A stretch of 64,000 nucleotides of DNA, from the NCBI GenBank assembly GCA_964598205.1, contig CAZRBB010000004.1:71156-135155 (forward strand), given 5' to 3'. How positions within the stretch are numbered: the first letter of the stretch is position 1; each line of letters opens with the position of its first letter. Shown piece by piece: positions 59,594 through 64,000 of the stretch. A model generated the notes under the pieces. The model was not told the DNA's origin and did not search any database. It saw nothing but the letters and a program-made list of their open reading frames with translations. The position numbers were made by a program, and so were the translations under genes. Source of the DNA: an uncultured Candidatus Saccharibacteria bacterium (GTDB lineage Bacteria > Patescibacteriota > Minisyncoccia > CAIUEV01 > JAHKAQ01).

Positions 59594-60277
59594 CTAAAAA
59601 GAAGAAACCCTTTGGCTGTAGATTTTTAAGTGTTCCAGCTGTTGGGGGGTGAGTTTCTTAGCAGCATCTAGTGCTTCTTTCATATTGTCTGCCGAAAAAC
59701 TCTTTACTTCTCCTGCATTTAAGTGGCGGTTATAGCCCATTTTTTTAGCCAGGTAATCTTCCATGTAAACCCGATGTTCGTTGGTGATTTCCGAATCTTG
59801 ATTGGTTTCTATGTATTGCTTAACTGCAGAACGAGATATAGTCGTTAGACTGTCTCCTTTTCCTGCGGTAACTTCGTAGCCATCTTGATTTTGGGAAACA
59901 ACGGTTTCGGAATTTTTTTCTGTTTCAGCTGCCGCTGGTTCTGGCTCTGGTTCTTCTTTCTTCTCTTGAGTAACTGCTTGTTCTTCGGTTTTCTTTACGG
60001 CTTCTTCCTGGGCTATTTTTTTGGCGTCGTCGATTACTCCAGCCTTATCTTCTGGCTGAGCCTGTTCCTCATTTGTAACCAAGTCTTCTAGCTTTGCTTG
60101 GTCGGTATTTTCCTCTTGATTTTCCTTGAGTCCTTTCTTGGAATAAGAGTAGACAGACACGCCAATAATTAGGACCATAACAATGGATAAAACGATGCGA
60201 ATATTGTCTTGAATCCAATTCTTAGTTTCCGAAAGCCAATCTCCCATTGGTTCGGGAGTATTGCTTTCTTCTTCCAT
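59594..60277 (-). CDS. Hypothetical single-TM protein with an acidic linker
   Basis: Strong SD (GGGAGGTG) before ATG 60277, one TM, Glu-rich linker, globular C-terminus. Confidence 0.7.
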   Translation of the reverse strand: MEEESNTPEPMGDWLSETKNWIQDNIRIVLSIVMVLIIGVSVYSYSKKGLKENQEENTDQAKLEDLVTNEEQAQPEDKAGVIDDAKKIAQEEAVKKTEEQAVTQEKKEEPEPEPAAAETEKNSETVVSQNQDGYEVTAGKGDSLTTISRSAVKQYIETNQDSEITNEHRVYMEDYLAKKMGYNRHLNAGEVKSFSADNMKEALDAAKKLTPQQLEHLKIYSQRVSSF

Positions 60278-60345
60278 TTTTTTGCACCTCCCTTCCTTTG
60301 TTTCGTTAAGTTCGTTTTTTAAAAAAAACGTTCGACCGCGAGGCA

Positions 60346-60374
60346 ATCGTAACAACGGAAAAAAAGAGTGTCAA
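60346..60374 (-). promoter_or_regulatory. Putative sigma70 promoter
   Basis: Minus-strand TTGACA, 17-nt spacer, TACGAT. Confidence 0.5.
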
Positions 60375-60395
60375 GCTAGTTTCTGGCGATGTTTG

Positions 60396-61307
60396 CTAAT
60401 TCTTTAGAATAAAGAATCTTTTTTTTCTGCTTAAATCCTTGGAAAATTCTCTTTTAAAGGCAGGGAAAAGCAAAGAAGTCGTTTTGATTATTCGGGATTC
60501 TAGAGAAGGATCAATTTCGGCAAAAATTTTTACCAAGAGAGACGGATTTTTTTTGGTTATTTCCTTGACTTGGAACAGGGTTTTTTTGATTAAGAAAAAT
60601 CCTTTTTCTTTGATAAATAGTGCGTGGCGCGGTTCTTTTTTTACTTCTGGTGCGGTTTTTAGGTATTGAGAATAAGAAAGATAGGGAAGATTGGCAATGA
60701 TTATTAAATGGCTTTTAGGTGGCCATTTTTTATTAGAGAGAGCACTAAGCAGATTGCTTTTTTGGAAATTGATTTTTTTTTCTAATTTGAATTTTTGGGC
60801 ATTTTCTTTGGCAAGCAGTAGTGCTTTTGGGGAAATATCTAAAGCCAGAAACTGAATATTTTTTTTATTCTTTAATTCGTTAACTAAAGAAAGGACAATA
60901 CAGCCACTGCCTGTTCCTAAGTCAACTATAAGGTGGGGGTTTTTCTTTTTTAGGGAAAGCTTAATTTCCGTTAAGGCTAAATCTACCAAGGTTTCTGTTT
61001 CCGGTCGGGGAATAAGCGCTTGAGGGGTGGTTTTAAATTCTTTTCCATAGAATTCTTTTTTGCCAATTAAATAAGCAATAGGAACTCTTTTCTTTCTTTT
61101 GGAGACTAATTTGGTTATCTTCTCTTCTGATTTTTTGGTGACTGGGCTTTCTGGATGGGCATAAAGCCATTCCTTTGTTTTTCTCAAAACAAAACCAACT
61201 AAAATAAAAGCTTCCAAGGAAGCGGTGGGAGAAATTGATTTTAGAATATTGCGAGAGTCTTCTATGATTTTTTCTACCGTTGATTCGCCAATGGTTTCCT
61301 GCTTCAT
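60396..61307 (-). CDS. prmC: Release factor glutamine methyltransferase
   Basis: LIPRPETE, DLGTGSGC, ANLPY, downstream of prfA. Confidence 0.93.
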   Translation of the reverse strand: MKQETIGESTVEKIIEDSRNILKSISPTASLEAFILVGFVLRKTKEWLYAHPESPVTKKSEEKITKLVSKRKKRVPIAYLIGKKEFYGKEFKTTPQALIPRPETETLVDLALTEIKLSLKKKNPHLIVDLGTGSGCIVLSLVNELKNKKNIQFLALDISPKALLLAKENAQKFKLEKKINFQKSNLLSALSNKKWPPKSHLIIIANLPYLSYSQYLKTAPEVKKEPRHALFIKEKGFFLIKKTLFQVKEITKKNPSLLVKIFAEIDPSLESRIIKTTSLLFPAFKREFSKDLSRKKRFFILKN

Positions 61308-62383
61308 TCCGCTTGCTTTTTTAGGAATAGTTCTGTTTCAACTTGTTTTAAGTCTTTAAGAATTGATTCTATTTCTCCCTCCATTATTTTTTCTATTCCG
61401 TGCCAGCTTTTTTTTATTCGATGGTCGGTGACTCTATCTTGGGGAAAGTTATAAGTGCGAATTTTTTCACTGCGATCACCAGTCCCAATCTGAGAGCTTC
61501 TTATGTGAGCCATCTTTGATTGATCATCTTCTTTCTTCTTTTGTAAGAGACGAGATCTTAAAATAGTAAAGGCCTTGGCCTTGTTTTTGTGTTGAGATTT
61601 TTCATCTTGGCAGGTGACTACTACTCCGGTGGGAAGGTGTGTTAAACGAATGGCTGAATCGGTGGTATTAACGCTCTGTCCTCCTGGTCCTGACGAACGG
61701 TAGGTATCTATCTTTACTTCTTCGTCTTTTATTTCCAGTTCTTTTTCTTCGGCTTGAGGAATAATCGCTACAGTAGAAGTTGAAGTATGAATGCGGCCAC
61801 ATTTTTCTGTTTCTGGAATTCGCTGGACTCGATGGACTCCTGATTCATGTTTAAGCTGGCCATAAATCCAAGCTCCATTGATTTCGGCAATCAATTCTTT
61901 AATTCCTCCAAGATCGTTATTGTTAACATGAAGAATTTTTACGGTAAAATTTTGCCTTTCGGCGTAGCGGGAATACATTCTAAAAAGTTCTTTGGCAAAG
62001 ATTCCCGCTTCGTCTCCACCAGCGCCGGCTCTGATTTCTAAAAGAATATTTTTAGCGTCGTCTTCGTCTCTAGGGATAGTCAAATATAAAAAGCGTTGTT
62101 TTTGTTTTTTTATCTTTTGATTTAACTGGTTTCTTTCTTCTTCGATCATGGCCATCATAACCAATTTTTCTTCCTCGGATAACTCCTGTTCCATTCGCTC
62201 GTTTTCTAGGAGTGCTTTTTGAGAGGTCTCTATTGCTTCGATTAAATTTTTTATCTCCTCTAATTCTCTGTGTCTTTGGCTTAATTCCTTGATTACCTTA
62301 AAATCCCCCGTTATTTGGGGGTCGGCTAGCTTCTGGGTTACGAGAGCGTATTCTTCTAGGTATTTTTTGTGAATTTCTGACAT
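61304..62383 (-). CDS. prfA: Peptide chain release factor 1
   Basis: EIRAGAGGDEA, PET (PxT) motif, GPGGQSVNTTDSA. Confidence 0.97.
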   Translation of the reverse strand: MSEIHKKYLEEYALVTQKLADPQITGDFKVIKELSQRHRELEEIKNLIEAIETSQKALLENERMEQELSEEEKLVMMAMIEEERNQLNQKIKKQKQRFLYLTIPRDEDDAKNILLEIRAGAGGDEAGIFAKELFRMYSRYAERQNFTVKILHVNNNDLGGIKELIAEINGAWIYGQLKHESGVHRVQRIPETEKCGRIHTSTSTVAIIPQAEEKELEIKDEEVKIDTYRSSGPGGQSVNTTDSAIRLTHLPTGVVVTCQDEKSQHKNKAKAFTILRSRLLQKKKEDDQSKMAHIRSSQIGTGDRSEKIRTYNFPQDRVTDHRIKKSWHGIEKIMEGEIESILKDLKQVETELFLKKQAE

Positions 62384-62395
62384 AAGCCTGATTGT

Positions 62396-62683
62396 TTAGG
62401 CTTTTGATTTTAGAGCGCTTTTAATTTCTGCTGGAGATTGAGATTTTTCGGGAGAAGCGGTTTTTGTGGTTTGTTTTAAACCTTCTGATTTCTTGAATCG
62501 TTTTAAGAAGCGATCTACGCGACCGGTGGCGTCTACAATTTTCTTTTTCCCAGTGTAGAAAGGATGACAACCACTGCAAATATCTACTTTTATTTCCGGA
62601 GTAGTAGCTTGAGTTTCTACAACATTACCACAAGCACAACGAATAACTGCTTGACCGTAAGAAGGATGAATATTCTTTTTCAT
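62396..62683 (-). CDS. rpmE: 50S ribosomal protein L31 (Cys-containing form)
   Basis: [28 protein letters not shown]. Confidence 0.97.
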   Translation of the reverse strand: MKKNIHPSYGQAVIRCACGNVVETQATTPEIKVDICSGCHPFYTGKKKIVDATGRVDRFLKRFKKSEGLKQTTKTASPEKSQSPAEIKSALKSKA

Positions 62684-62780
62684 GTTAAATAAATAATTAA
62701 AAACACGGAGAAACCGTTTATTGAAAGTAAATTCTCATATTTAGGACCGTTAGTCAATGAAGAAATTCAGAAATCTATTT

Positions 62781-64000
62781 CTAGAATCCTAATGCCTTTT
62801 TAAAATCATCCTCTATTTTTTTTCTAAGCAGTGCCTTCATTCTTTCAATGGCTGGCTTGTTTTGATTTTTGGGATCGTTAGGATTTATTGGAGCGTTCGG
62901 ATCAGTACCTCTTTCTGCCCGACAACTGGCGTTAGTACCGCTATTAGCTCCTATGCAGTTCCAGGAAACAGAACTGTCTTTGGAGGGAAAAATAGGATTA
63001 GTGGGATCAGCAGTGCCGGCGGAACAGAAAGAATAACTACCCCAAGAAGTTTCTGTGTAGGCAAAGATTCTATTGGCGGTACCACACTGACCATTTACTT
63101 TAGCGGTACCAGGATCGGCATCTCTCTTGGCTTGGCAACTATCATTACTACCACCACTGGTTCCTTTACAAGTCCAGCTAGTGGTCTTGCCTTGATTAGG
63201 GAAGACGGGATTGAGAGGATCGGCGGTACCAGCAGAACAGAACGAATAATTCCCCCAGATAGTTTCGGTGTAGGCAAAGGTACGGTCAGCGGTACCGCAT
63301 TTGCCATTTATTTTAGTGGTATTTGGATCAGCATCTTTTTCTGCCTGACAACTGGCATTACTACCACCACTAATTCCCTTGCAAGTCCATTTTGTTTTAC
63401 TGCCAGTAGCGGGGAAAATTGGACTGGTGGGATCGGCGGTACCAGCAGAACAGAACGAATAACTACCCCAACTAGTTTCGGTGTAGGCAAAGGTACGGTC
63501 AGCGGTACCGCATTTGCCATTTATTTTAGTGGTATTTGGATCAGCATCTCTTTCTGCTTTGCAACTATCATTATTACCACCATTACTTCCCTTGCAAGTC
63601 CAGGTAATTTCTCCGCTGGGAGGGGGAAAGGCAGGACTGGTGGGATCGGCGGTACCAGCAGAACAGAACGAATAATTCCCCCAGGTGGTTTCATTGTAGT
63701 CAAAAGAACGGTCGGCGGTACCACAATGGCCATTTATTTTAGGAGTGTTTGGATCAGTACCTCTCTCTGCTTGACAACTATCATTGCTACCACCATTAGA
63801 TCCCTTACAAGTCCAGGAGGTTTTACTGCCAGTAGCGGGGAAAATTGGACTGGTGGGATCGGCGGTACCAGCAGAACAGAACGAATAACTACCCCAACTA
63901 GTTTCGGTGTAGGCAAAGGTACGATTAGCCGTGCCACACTGACCATTTACTTTAGTGGTACCAGGATCGGCGTCTCTCTTGGCTTGGCAACTAGCATTAC
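62781..64000 (-). CDS. 3' part of a Cys-rich tandem-repeat surface protein (start lies beyond the window)
   Basis: Manual translation gives an open frame from 63998 to TAG at 62781-62783. The 71-aa unit reads KVNGQCGTANRTFAYTETSWGSYSFCSAGTADPTSPIFP...WTCKGSNGGSNDSCQAERGTDP. Confidence 0.8.
   Translation of the reverse strand, partial: NASCQAKRDADPGTTKVNGQCGTANRTFAYTETSWGSYSFCSAGTADPTSPIFPATGSKTSWTCKGSNGGSNDSCQAERGTDPNTPKINGHCGTADRSFDYNETTWGNYSFCSAGTADPTSPAFPPPSGEITWTCKGSNGGNNDSCKAERDADPNTTKINGKCGTADRTFAYTETSWGSYSFCSAGTADPTSPIFPATGSKTKWTCKGISGGSNASCQAEKDADPNTTKINGKCGTADRTFAYTETIWGNYSFCSAGTADPLNPVFPNQGKTTSWTCKGTSGGSNDSCQAKRDADPGTAKVNGQCGTANRIFAYTETSWGSYSFCSAGTADPTNPIFPSKDSSVSWNCIGANSGTNASCRAERGTDPNAPINPNDPKNQNKPAIERMKALLRKKIEDDFKKALGF
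62882..64000 (-). repeat. 213-bp tandem repeat (at least 5 units plus a partial unit)
   Basis: The period is shown by near-identical blocks and by four off-frame 70-aa ORFs spaced exactly 213 bp apart. Confidence 0.9.

Noticed and set aside
63095-63946. Four 70-aa minus-strand ORFs in the track
   Set aside because: They are off-frame shadows of the 213-bp repeat. Another frame is open throughout and gives a coherent Cys-patterned protein.

Overview
This window is bacterial DNA read with genetic code 11. It looks like Patescibacteria/CPR (Parcubacteria-like): rpmD/L30 is absent between rpsE and rplO, and several CPR-type surface proteins are present. The taxon is inferred, not searched. About half the window is housekeeping: an RND efflux pair, ndk, the str/S10/spc ribosomal cluster, TatD, a UvrD-nuclease fusion, xseAB, tRNA-Leu(TAG) and rpmE-prfA-prmC. 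The standout locus is 7.6-22.7 kb. A 3518-aa fibre/adhesin-like protein is built from variable modules separated by a 23-bp DNA repeat, GGCAACGTCGGCATCGGGACGAC (encoding GNVGIGTT). There are 24 copies across the two gene halves, and 21 are identical even at synonymous positions. One module is duplicated exactly from repeat to repeat. The protein ends in the N-half of an intein. The C-half starts a separate gene 2.6 kb downstream that also carries the last repeat and a peptidase-S74 chaperone domain. Between the halves lie a Zn-ribbon/HTH/PD-(D/E)XK nuclease gene containing two degenerate copies of the same 23-mer, a decayed AbiE-type toxin-antitoxin pair and a four-helix-bundle gene. Other notable items are a three-copy structured repeat with covarying closing stems, two long hairpins sharing an identical 18-nt apex, an archaeal-type RibL-RibK fusion, and a Cys-rich 71-aa repeat protein that the ORF track misses.
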